This document shows positions 42,036 through 54,257 of a DNA stretch of 64,000 nt, one piece after another; position 1 is the stretch's first letter; each line of letters starts with the position of its first letter. A program made the translations under genes and the position numbers. The notes beneath the pieces are model-generated. The model made no database searches. It was not told where the DNA came from and worked only from the letters and a program-made list of their open reading frames with translations. The stretch lies in contig CAXHJY010000157.1 of NCBI GenBank assembly GCA_964016885.1, forward strand, positions 1 through 64,000, read 5' to 3'. The DNA comes from Eledone cirrhosa. Lineage: Eukaryota.

Positions 42036-44049
42036 TATGGAGAGAGGTGTGAATATATTTAAATCCACTAGTTGATGTTTGTTTTTCATAACACAGTTTG
42101 TCCGAAATAGATTAAATACTCACGGACTGCAAATATGGAAGCTCCCGTATAACAAGTAATATTTTAGACTAATCTATATCATGACAACGGATCTCATAAC
42201 TGCAGATCATGCCTGATGTAAAACTGAAACAGTTTCGTGCACAAATTTATACCATCTAAGATCGGATCGTCTAACTGTAGACAATGCGTCATTGAAAACG
42301 AGCAGGGTTTAGGGAATTAATTATTCAAAGACGCCATTGACAGGTGTAGCAAACTCATGGAGAGAATATTACATGTTGATTTAATTAGGGAATAAATTAT
42401 TCATTTCCTTATTTAGAAATTAGTAAGAATATTGAATTTAGTGTTAATACATTTAATGCGGGGAACATCACATTACTTTGTTTTTGCCAGTATCCTGTAC
42501 AATTGACACACTTAAATAAATTTACCAAACTCCTCATTTTCCCATCAAATTAGCAAATTTGTCCTCTACTTCAATGAAGTGTTTACGTCAAGTATCGATT
42601 GAAACTTCAGTAAAATTCGATCAGCATGTAGGATAATCAGGAGAAGTTAATTATTATTCTACAGAACTGCAAGTATTTGCAAATCAGTATGGAAAACCGA
42701 TAACTGATTTCGGATTCATTTAACTTTATAACAGCACCCTTCCTGTTCCATATTTTGTGTGGCTCTTCGTAGTTTACTATATCCTCCTTTTTTCTCGATT
42801 ATCATGACATTAATTTTATCAGTGTTTAACGAACGAAATGCTATCAAATAATCTAAGATCTTAAATGTACTTGTTCTTAAATCTCCAAATAATCTTTATG
42901 GAGCTGTTATTCAAATTATAAACGCAATCTAATTTTCACATAAACACATACACCGGACAAAGTTCTTAAACATACTTAAAACTACAAAATATTGTTTATG
43001 AAGCTACTATTTAAAATATTAAAATATAATCGAAATCTACATAATACTGGAAAATGTCCGAATATTTATACACATTTCACCAAAAGGTAAGGGTAAATAC
43101 CCACTTCGGTCACAAATGACAATGGGATTTTTACCTAGGAAGTTCCCCTCCAAGGCACAAGTCCGGGCAAGGTTGTTTGTGGAAGACCAGCAGTCACCCA
43201 TACATGTCATATGCAACTCATACATCTCTGATGTTGCATACTGTGGCTGGTGAAGGCACGGAGTTAAATATTAATTAGATTAAAATGTCAAGGCCGTGGA
43301 AATCCTTTTAAAGTTATATTGTTGCAAAAACAATATATGTATTTCAATGGTTTGGTTACGTAAGGCGAAATCACCGGGTCCGGATTGCATAATTAGTTAA
43401 TCAATAAAAGAAATTACGGCAAACAACAAGAATAGAGGATATACTTGACAGATTTATTATTTAGATATGGTCTACTGCAACAATAACACCGACTTCACGG
43501 GCTATCACCGAATCAAACCAGAGACATGACCCAAACTTTCTCAACGGAATTGATTATGCCAAAATGCCGGGTGGTGATGTAACAATGGTTGGTTAAGTAT
43601 AGCACACATGTGAAAATAAGATCAAATCAAATACTAAAACAATATGTCTATTTGTTTAAATATATACATGTTATATATGACCATCGTATGATGTCATTTT
43701 ACTATATTTATAGTCCAACAAAAGAGACTATTAATAAGCATTTATTTGAAGACAATGTAATTAACCTCTGTATATATTGTGATTTACACACGTCTACCAG
43801 ATTACTTGCTTTATCAGAGTTGCTTTAGATATCTACAGTTGCCATTAACTAACGGAATATGTTGACAGAATAAAATCAACATTGCAGACACAATCATTAT
43901 TGATATAATATCAGTTGTTAATTAGTAACAGAGCAGAAATGTCAGACATTATATCAAGACATAGTTTAATACGAGAAACATTCAATATAAATATTGGAGA
44001 GTTATTCTATGGAGATGTCATTTTAAGTCCGTTTTTTTTCTGTTTGCAA

Positions 44050-44270
44050 GCGTTGACCAGAGACTGGAGCTCATCCTGGTTCTACGGGTATTAAGTGATT
44101 GACAGTTCAAGTCTTCTCCCTTGGTTGAGACGCTATGTCCCAGCAGCCCATGGTACTCATGTCCAGCTGAGTTAATTGAAGAAACGTGAAATGATGTTCC
44201 ATGCTCAATGACACCACGGTCCAGAAATCAAACCAAGCTCAACATCCTGTGCACTAGGTCACGCGCCTAA
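44050..44270 (-). mobile_element. old tRNA-SINE (B-like)
   Basis: ggtactcatgtccagctgagttaattgaagaaacgtgaaatga..gctcaatgacac resembles family B reversed. Confidence 0.5.
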
Positions 44271-44764
44271 ACATTGGCATTGGATTATGTGTAAATCGTA
44301 CACTTCTGTAGCTACTTAAAGGGGTTTACTATTTCTATTGATTACAGTTTATAGTTCTATCAGCTACGACGACAGTCAAGCTATATATCCCAGCTAATAA
44401 TATGTACAGTCAGCTGCACTTTACATTAATTCAATGGCCGTTGTGGTTTATGCCCTCACCCGTCTTTAAAACGCGAGACACATTTAGAACATTCGTTTGT
44501 GATTTTCGATTATAATGCTCTGCTCGAAGATATTTATCAGGCGCTAATATCAGTGGTTAAAGACAAAGGTTTTGACAGGTTCGTATTTTAACGAGCCCGG
44601 AAGGATGAAATTCAATGTTGAGTTGAATGCGATTTGGAATAAAAGTACTGAAACTAAATAATTCAAGCTATTATATATGGCATTCTAATGCCTCTGTACA
44701 TCCACAGACCGGAGGTTATTTAGATTTATATACATATATATACATATATATATATATACATATA

Positions 44765-44935
44765 CATGGACACACTAGAAGAGGAAAACCAAGGTTAACA
44801 TATGTTGATGCCCTAAGGACAGACACTGGTCTGTTGGAGATGCAGGATATGGCAGCGATAATGAGGGACAGAGACCGCTGGAGAGAACTCGTCCATGGAT
44901 CTCGGGAATTTTACCCGCCTTAGATAGATAGATAT
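44765..44935 (+). mobile_element. RTE-like LINE 3' end
   Basis: HGHTRRGKPRLTYVDALRTDTGL...MRDRDRWRELV*, followed by an (AGAT)n tail. Confidence 0.75.
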
Positions 44936-45043
44936 GTATATATATATATGTATGTATATATATATGTATATAATTGGTGTTAGATGCTTAAAGTGTCCGT
45001 ATGCGGTAGGCCGTATGAGCACTCAATGCCCTCGTAGAATCGA

Positions 45044-45139
45044 GACGTATCTGACGACCGTATTGATTTCATAGTCAGGTGTGATCACCATATCGATCGT
45101 GCCTCGAGCTGGTCGCCCGAGAAACATTTGTAATATGTC
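45044..45139 (+). ncRNA. hammerhead ribozyme motif with long stem II insert
   Basis: gacgtat-CTGACGA-(63 nt)-GAAA-catttg-TA-atatgtc; 7-bp stem I. Confidence 0.7.
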
Positions 45140-45220
45140 CAATTAATTCCTTTCGTCGCAACTCTGATTCTTTTTTTTCTGTGATATATATGTATATATA
45201 TATATTTATATATATATATT

Positions 45221-46004
45221 CAAAATTAAATCAAATTAAGGGTCATGTCTGAGACATGCGCCATATCCACCATAGAATAAGCTCAAAGATTCCAATGAAT
45301 AGATCCGAGCATTTTATATCAACTAGAAATTAATCATTTTTAAAATGTAATATTTGAAGTTCTAGTTAAACTTTAATTAGTTACCAACCTAGCTGTGTGT
45401 GCTTACACACTTTACAGATTATCCCCTGTGGTTGTTTCATGTGTTTATTTTAAATATATATATATGTCAATCAATTTCTAGTTGATATAAAATTCTCGGA
45501 TCTATTCATTGGAATCTTTGAGCTTATTCTACGGTGGATATGGCGCATGTCTCGGACATGACCCTTAATTTAATTTAAATTTGGATATATACACGGCCCC
45601 TTAAAGGACTCGGCTGCTATTTCTAGCTGTCGATAACCCTATTCACGCCACTGGGATGACGCTAGCACGATGTATGTAGTTTTAGAAATGCAACACATGC
45701 GACAGGTGATTCGCAGATTTGCATTGGATGTGTAAACACAGATAATTAAATCTACTCCCTTGCTGAAGATCCGTGATTTGACTACTGTGAGTTTACGGAT
45801 TAATGGTGAAATATATTTTTTTTATGAAATATATACAAGGAAGATTAATCATTTTTAAAAGGTAATATTTGAAGTTCTAGTTAAACTTTAATTAGTTACC
45901 TACCTAGCTGTGTGTGCTTACACACTTTACAAATTATCCCCTGTGATTGTTTCATGTGGTTATTTTAAATATATATATATGTCAATCAATTGCTAGTTGA
46001 TATA
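45221..46004 (+). mobile_element. non-autonomous Penelope-like element: partial tandem (pLTR) plus 5' inversion, in TA
   Basis: Direct repeat 45329-45489 / 45844-46004; inverted repeat 45221-45331 / 45473-45583; internal HHR. Confidence 0.8.
45758..45840 (+). ncRNA. hammerhead motif with ~25-nt insertion before GAAA
   Basis: ccttg-CTGAAGA-tccgt..acgga-(insert)-GAAA-tata-TA-caagg. Confidence 0.7.
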
Positions 46005-47321
46005 TATATAAAGAGAGAGAGAGATCTGTCATATGTGTGTGTGGGGGTGGGGGTGGGGGGTGAGTGTGTGTGTGTGTGTGTGTATTGCATTTTATAAATA
46101 ATTTCTAAACCATTTTACGATTGGTAATTACTATTGCCGTGTTAATATCGTCGACGCTGACCGAAATGTATGGACGGTTTGTAACGTTAAAATGACGAGA
46201 GCAATATATCACCTTATTGGAAGGAAAATTTCAACTGGGTCTTTTAAGCTAAAGCAACACTCTTAAATTGTTTAGTGCTACTGATGTATTTAGTAATGAC
46301 ATACAATTACGGTAGATACACAATAATTTCAATATAGACACAACTACGCCAAAGACAATCAGACAGAAAGCTGAGCATAATTCTTGCTATTAGTGATGCT
46401 GCTTATGGGACAGAACCATGTACTGATGTCTGCTAAAGAAACAACCTTATTTCTACAAACAGGTTAACATCATGTAATTCCTCACAAATTGTATCCAGCA
46501 TTGCTGTGTTTATTAGACCCAAATAGAGTAAAAAATATGTCAATAACTAAAAAGCTGACGACAATTAGATCCTGAGAATTCTAGTCAATAGTCATATCAC
46601 TTCATTGCCTCATCTGTTGGCATAAATTTATCACGCTCCATATGAAAAATGTAATATATTTCAATCTAAATGAATCGATTTGTATGACTAAAGACACAAG
46701 AAAACTAATAAACTTCATATGATGTTTGGGTAATTGCTCAGTTCGGATGAAACGAGAGATAATAATTGCACCGATGCACATCAATTACACCACTGCATAT
46801 AAACGGCAAAGCTATAATTTTCAAAATCATTATATTGAGAAGAACACCTCTAAAATAAACGCACGCCATTTTGTTGTCGAGAAAATATTGGATATGTTTA
46901 AAATCTATATATGTATGTTTAAATGTGTTCTATTACAATCAAAGCTACCGCCTTGTACACTACACGCTATAGTTTATATATGTCCACAAGAATACAACCA
47001 CTAATTTTCAGACACGATGTGTGTGTGTGGGTGGGTGTGATAGTGTGTGGGTGTGTCTGTGTGTGTGTGTGTGTTTGTGTGTGGTGTGAGTGAAAATGTT
47101 TCAGAAAATATGAAAATCTGCTTCAATGTAGTTTTTGCTCATTCTGTTAAAGGTTTGGTAAATCTATATTTAATACACCCTCTAAATACATTCAAACACA
47201 ACCTATATACACATATATAGAATATATATATAAAGGGGAGCAGGCAGGCGATTCAAGAACACGCGACTTGTCCGTTCCCTTGTCGTTTCTGTTTGGATGG
47301 CCTCGGGAACGTAACATTATT

Positions 47322-47443
47322 ATGATCTGAGTTCAAATCCCGCCGAGGTTAACTTTGCCTTTCATCCTTCCGGGGTCGATAGAATAAAGTACCAGTAATG
47401 CATTGGGTAATTGCTGGCTTTGTGCCAAAAGTAGAAACAATTA
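47322..47443 (+). mobile_element. SINE family A, 5'-truncated
   Basis: ctgagttcaaatcccgccgagg...gtagaaacaatta. Confidence 0.85.
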
Positions 47444-47454
47444 TTATATAAGAA

Positions 47455-47529
47455 GCTGCCTGATGATGACATGGCACTGGGTACACGGAATCGTGTGGCC
47501 ACTGTCGTCATTGAAATATGTATCACAGC
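47455..47529 (+). ncRNA. hammerhead ribozyme motif
   Basis: gctgc-CTGATGA-tgac..gtca-tt-GAAA-tatgta-TC-acagc, then aataaa. Confidence 0.7.
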
Positions 47530-47734
47530 ATTATCAATAAATGACTTTAACATTTGAAACTACTTCGCATTTTCTCATTTTATATACAGTATATATATAT
47601 ATATATATATAGATATAGATATATATATATAGTGGTAGAACACTGGAAGGTAATATCCGTAGTGGTAGAGCACTCAGTCCATGGGACGAGTTAGGTAGAA
47701 GTGGTTATACGGAACAGTATAACCATGTCCATTA

Positions 47735-47772
47735 CGAGCTGAGGATCCGCTAAGGTGAAACAATTGTTCTCG
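47735..47772 (+). ncRNA. minimal hammerhead motif in a 173-bp TA-flanked insertion (47631-47803)
   Basis: cgag-CTGAGGA-t-cc-gctaa-gg-t-GAAA-caattg-TT-ctcg; stem I extended by aagtggttatac..aacagt / actgtt-gtgtaaccactt. Confidence 0.8.
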
Positions 47773-47800
47773 GTATGGTCAACTAACTGTTGTGTAACCA

Positions 47801-47861
<61 letters not shown>

Positions 47862-48439
47862 CTTCCACCAGACACAATTGATGTTCTTGGAAACTGTATT
47901 CTTAAAGATACACAACTAGAGCAGTCATAAGCCGGAAATACTTTAGAGAAACATTAACCTCTTTAGATTATATACCTTCATGCAAGCGAACACTTATGCT
48001 TCCGGCTTTTATCGTTTGCATGTAATGTCACAGAAACTGAAATCTACCAGCTATACACATACTATGATTGCAGCGACGTCCTTTAATAACGATAACTTTA
48101 TATCAGCAGCTATTAATATAATTATATCTCAACATAAAGCATGGCGACATGAGGTAGGAATACACACAAAGTGTTCCATAAACAATGCTTAGAGCGATAT
48201 AACTTAAAGTAATATGTCGACTAACTGAATCAAATATTCAATTCCAGGAATACATGTTAAAATAAAATATAGAATTTTCCTATATACACATTGTTTCCAG
48301 AAACAAATTTGTTTCTCGATAAAATGTATATTTATTTCACTGCATACACTTCTTGATTTGACTTGGTTTATATATTATATAAATGACTCTACATCTCATA
48401 CTCTCTTCTGGTACAAATATATACTAAAATACAATACAC

Positions 48440-49115
<676 letters not shown>

Positions 49116-49286
49116 CTACATTCTGCGTGTTTTATGTTTATATTTTTGGAAGAAGCTCGTATAGGTATAAATGTACAAATATATACATAAACTAATGTTT
49201 TAGTATCTCACATCCACACACACACACACACTCCCTCACTTTCTCTCTCTCTCTCTCTCTATAAATATATATATATATATACTCTG

Positions 49287-49318
<32 letters not shown>

Positions 49319-50441
49319 TACATATATAATACTTTGATTTATTACATGGATTTTTACAGCTTGTTTTTAAGCAGCATATCGCAACAGTGAGATGCAAACT
49401 TTCGTCTCCATACTGTCTGAAGTCGATATGCTATGTATTAAATCATATAATTGTTAATATGTGACCATATTCCCTAGAGAAACGATACTTCACTTAAACG
49501 ATTCATCAAATATTTTCTGTTTATTTCACGCCAACAGTCCATTACCTTACTATATTTTCTTCGTCTATTTTAACTTTGGGGTTCTATATAAATGTAAACT
49601 CATAAATTCTTCCTTTAACCCATTTTATGTTTTGCTGTGTTTCACGCCAATCTCTCATTACCTCGCTATATATGTTTCCTTATTTCGTGTGAATTTGACT
49701 TGAAAGTCATTGTAAATACTTTTGTTCATATCGAGAAATACATTTTTTCCAGAGTTTATCTTCTCTCTGATATGTAATATCTTCTTTTTTTTTTCATCTT
49801 AAATGAAATGTTCTTTCAGTTTGTTACATCTTATCGTAATGAATTTCGTTTTCGTATGCATTAAAGGCTATTTTATTTTTCCAGTAATAACGAATATTGT
49901 AAATACTGCAATTTATCATTCATATTACATACAAACATGAATATATGGGATAGATTTGTGCATTTAGAGCAGATGGTAAAGAAGTATTAACTGCTAGCTT
50001 TAATATACATATACAAAGTTCAGTCTGAGTGGGCCCCTCCATTTGATACATTAGTGAGAGATGAGGAGAGCAAATGAGACGAAGGTGTTCGGACCTGGTG
50101 CATATATGTGTACATAGGAGAGAATGAGAAGTGTATATACAGTGGCATACAAGTACATACAGAGATATTTTACCCAGACACACAACCCCAACGTTTACAG
50201 ATATAATGATATACGAGAGTAAAAACAAGAGGAGACATGAGAATATATTTAGAGGAGGAAACCTCATGTGTGATTAGTCAGCCAAACAAATGAGTGCAGA
50301 TTTCTATATTTCTCAGTGTACAATTCTCTCTTATCGGCCAACCTCAAATTTTCCATATACATCCATGGATGTTGCGATATATATTTATATATATGCATGC
50401 GTACACACACACACACAAACACGAACACACATGCATATATA

Positions 50442-50475
<34 letters not shown>

Positions 50476-50703
50476 GAAGTAGTAGTAGTAGTAGTCAGTG
50501 TTCTACCTCTCTCTCTATATATATATGTATATATATATATATATATATATTTATTAAAATATTTGCTATACGGTTCTTATATATTTGATATATATTTATC
50601 CTTATCGAGCCCTCTTTGGATTTTAGTCTTCAAATTTATTATTATTACTACATATATATTATATATATATATATATTATATATTATATATATATATATAT
50701 ATA

Positions 50704-50888
50704 GGAACAAGTATGACCCCGGCAGAGATCAAGCCGTTTCGACGGCTGATTCTGGACAGAATTACCGTCGAAACGGCTTGAGCTCTGCCGTCGGGGTCAT
50801 ATTTGTTCCTATTACCCACTATACTAACCTAAGTATTGAGTACGTTGGTGCGTTATGGTCTATCTGGTTCCTTACCACATTTCCTTCG

Positions 50889-50890
<2 letters not shown>
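50704..50890 (+). mobile_element. family H fold-back insertion with 3' tail
   Basis: Diverged copy with hairpin and tail, flanked by TA. Confidence 0.85.
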
Positions 50891-50958
<68 letters not shown>

Positions 50959-50986
50959 ATCGATAGATACATATGTATATATATAT

Positions 50987-51761
50987 AGATTCGCCTACCA
51001 CAATGTTCGATTTATCAAGCTATTTAAACGTATGTTATTACTCTAAGGCCCTATCTTATCGAGTGCTTTGCTAACTCATCATTTCATATAAGTAGGCCGA
51101 ATTTACTTGCAAACCGCCAGAGATTCGATTTTACTGATTTCCAATTATATTATTCTCCTAGATTTAATAATTAACTAATTAATTTAATTAGACAATTCTG
51201 TTTATTGGTTAATTATTTGTGTTTGTTTTATAACATCTAGTTGAGAGCTTATCATGATGATTAGCGGAAATTAAAATATTTCCTTTGTCTAACATTTTGA
51301 ATGACCCGCCAAAAACCGGGGGTTATTTCCCTTGCCGGAATTAACACGTGACAGCTATAGATACGATAGACCGCGTGTAGCAGCAGCATATAGCTTATCA
51401 CTCCGGTCCTAGGCAGAACGAAAAGCCTGTTGAAAAACTGAATCCTCCGTTCGATCATGAATACCACGAGTTTGCCAATCACGTAAGTCTGATATTTGAT
51501 TTCGGATTCAAAGACACACTTTAAAAGATTAATCGTTTGATTTGTCCAGGTGTACTTTTCTCAACCTGATTAGTTCTATCGTTACTTTGGTATATATTGT
51601 GTGTTAGATTCGCCTACCACAATGTTCGATTTATCAAGCTATTTAAACGCATGATATTACTCTAAGGCCCTATCTTATCGAGTGCTTTGCTAACTCATCA
51701 TTTCATATAAGTAGGCCGAATTTACTTGCAAACCGCCAGAGATTCGATTTTACTGATTTCC

Positions 51762-51769
<8 letters not shown>
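50987..51769. mobile_element. TA-flanked element with 164-bp terminal direct repeats (period ~620 bp)
   Basis: 50987-51150 is nearly identical to 51607-51769; no TG..CA ends and no credible ORF. Confidence 0.8.
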
Positions 51770-51812
<43 letters not shown>

Positions 51813-52289
51813 CATATATTATACATCTATGGATTGTATGTGTGTGTGTACACGCTGTAACGAATGACTGCACCATATATTGCATCATTGTTCAGAAATT
51901 TCAGAATGTTATATAAGAAAATCAACAAAGGTTACATCTTCACCAGAGCCTCTGGTGTTTCACTAACGTGAGACAAGAAATCATGGAGTTATAACGATCT
52001 CAATAACATATTTCTCTATTTAACGCTTAACACTGTTATATATTACATGTATATAAATAGCATTGGTTTGAATTAAATTGAATATTGTTCATGATTTATA
52101 TTGAACAAGTTTAGAGGCAGATTTATGTAGTATAGTGAAATTAAAGAATGCTAATACGATATAGATGGAAATCAAATATGAAACGATCACTATATTAATA
52201 TAACTATGAATTCATATGAGTATATCTATATGCCTAAAGGTCTGTCTGCCTGCAGGACTGACACCTTTCTATCTCGCTTCCTCCGTACA

Positions 52290-52720
52290 TATAATTGTTT
52301 CTATTTTTGGCAGTAGGCCAGTAATTTTTACAGTACATTACTGGTAGTCTATTCTATCGACCCCGTAAGGATGAAAGGCAAAGTTAAGCTCGGTGGGATT
52401 TGAACTCAGATCATAAAGGGTCGTAACTCTATGCTGCAAAAATACCATATTAATTGTACGTAACTCTATGCCGTTTAGCATGTTGTCCGGCGCTCTACAG
52501 ATTCTCCCCATCCACCGCCGTTCCCTTGTGGGAAATAATAATTGTTTCTACTTTTGGCACAAGGCCAGCAATTATCCCAGTACATTACTGTTACTTTATT
52601 TTATCGACTCCGTAAGGATGAAAGGCAAAGTGAACCTCGGAGTGATTTGAACTCAGACCATAAAGGGCCGTAACACTATGCTGCAAAGCATGGCGTCCGA
52701 CCTTCTACTGATACTGCCAA
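52290..52720 (-). mobile_element. two tandem SINE A copies
   Basis: About 52290-52520 and 52538-52720. Confidence 0.85.
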
Positions 52721-53001
52721 TAATAATAATTAGTTAAATAACCTGTTGTGGATATCACATATATAATGATGAATTAGATTCCTTCGGTGGGATTTGAACT
52801 CAGAACGCAGAAACTCTAATCGCTCTATACATATCGACCAGCTTACAGCACCCTCCACACACAGACACACACGCCAATACAAGAGCAAGAATGACGGCAT
52901 CATTCTACTGACATGGCTTAAAAAGAGGCTGTTTGCATAATTGCAAACGAATCGAATATTATTATTAATATTCGAAAAACTGAGATTACATTTATATATA
53001 T

Positions 53002-53089
<88 letters not shown>

Positions 53090-53454
53090 TCACACACTTT
53101 CACACACATATATTTATATATATATATTTCACCTCAAAAGAAAGAAAAATTGGAGATATTACGAAATGGTAATGTATAAATGTGTTATTAAATAAATATA
53201 ATTTACTGCAAAATTATTATAATCGTAATTCAACAATTTACAATAACATATGAAGTAGATAAATGGTGGTTACTTATTAATTCTTCAAAGAAATTCATGA
53301 AAGCATTTATAACGTGTAATGTTTGTATGTACTTTCTATCAATATATGGTATATTACTCTACAATTGTCAGAACCAAATTGAAACACGAAATATTTAAAT
53401 ATATTTAATATTTCTAAGTACGATTATTTGCTTTGTATTGATTTATTAGCAATT

Positions 53455-53590
53455 GTGTGAAGAGATGTGGCTTGGAGTTTACGGTATGCAGCTCACGACA
53501 GTAAAATCGTGCGCTCTATTCCTAGAGGCTCTGTGTGTCCTTGGGCACAGCAATTTATTTCACGTTTCTCCAATATATTTAGCTATCAAA
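53455..53590 (+). mobile_element. old SINE B-like head
   Basis: gtggcttggagtttacgg...gtgtccttgggcacagcaatttatttcacgtttctcca. Confidence 0.5.
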
Positions 53591-53691
53591 TGCTTTCACC
53601 CTAAGCAGGATCTTCTGAAACTGAAAATAAATCTGTAGACCTCTGCGCCTAATTTTCTCAGTTTCAGATAACCCCGCCTAGGTTGAAAGCA
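53591..53691. repeat. imperfect hairpin, MITE-like
   Basis: tgctttcaccctaagcagg..tctgaaactga versus tcagtttcaga..ccgcctaggttgaaagca. Confidence 0.65.
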
Positions 53692-53776
53692 GACATTCTT
53701 TGCTTGAACTATTAAGCTGTACTTATAATGAATATTTGTTCTATGGGTTTATATATATATATAGAGAGAAAGAGAG

Positions 53777-54182
53777 AGAGAAAATTGAGGTTGGTAATGG
53801 CACATGGAATATATAAGAGACAGAATACTTTTTTGTGAAAAAACATATAATTTTATAAGGTAAGGAAATAATAAAGGGTATAAAAAATGACCGGTTTCGA
53901 TGGGTCTGCAAAAGCCATCATTTCAAATGTTGATTAATATTAAGAAAAATTAATAATAAGAAGAGTTAAAATTAATAATAAGAAGAGTTAAAACTCTTCT
54001 TATTATTAATTTTTCTTAATATTAATCAACATTTGAAAAGATGGCTTTTGCAGACCCATCGAAACCGGTCATTTTTTATACCCTTTATTATTTCCTTACC
54101 TAATAAAATTATATGTTTTTTCACAAAAAAGTATTCTGTCTCTTATATATTCCATGTGCCATTACCAACCTCAATTTTCTCT
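53777..54182. repeat. near-perfect 190-bp-arm palindrome containing an HHR motif in each arm
   Basis: 53777-53967 versus 53992-54182; the spacer is a short direct duplication. Confidence 0.9.
54028..54075 (+). ncRNA. hammerhead motif with U3-A8 core variant
   Basis: aacat-TTGAAAA-gatgg-cttttgcagac-ccatc-GAAA-ccgg-TC-atttt. Confidence 0.7.
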
Positions 54183-54218
54183 ATAACCTTCGTTTTGTGT
54201 AGTAAATTACACTTTTCG

Positions 54219-54250
<32 letters not shown>

Positions 54251-54257
<7 letters not shown>

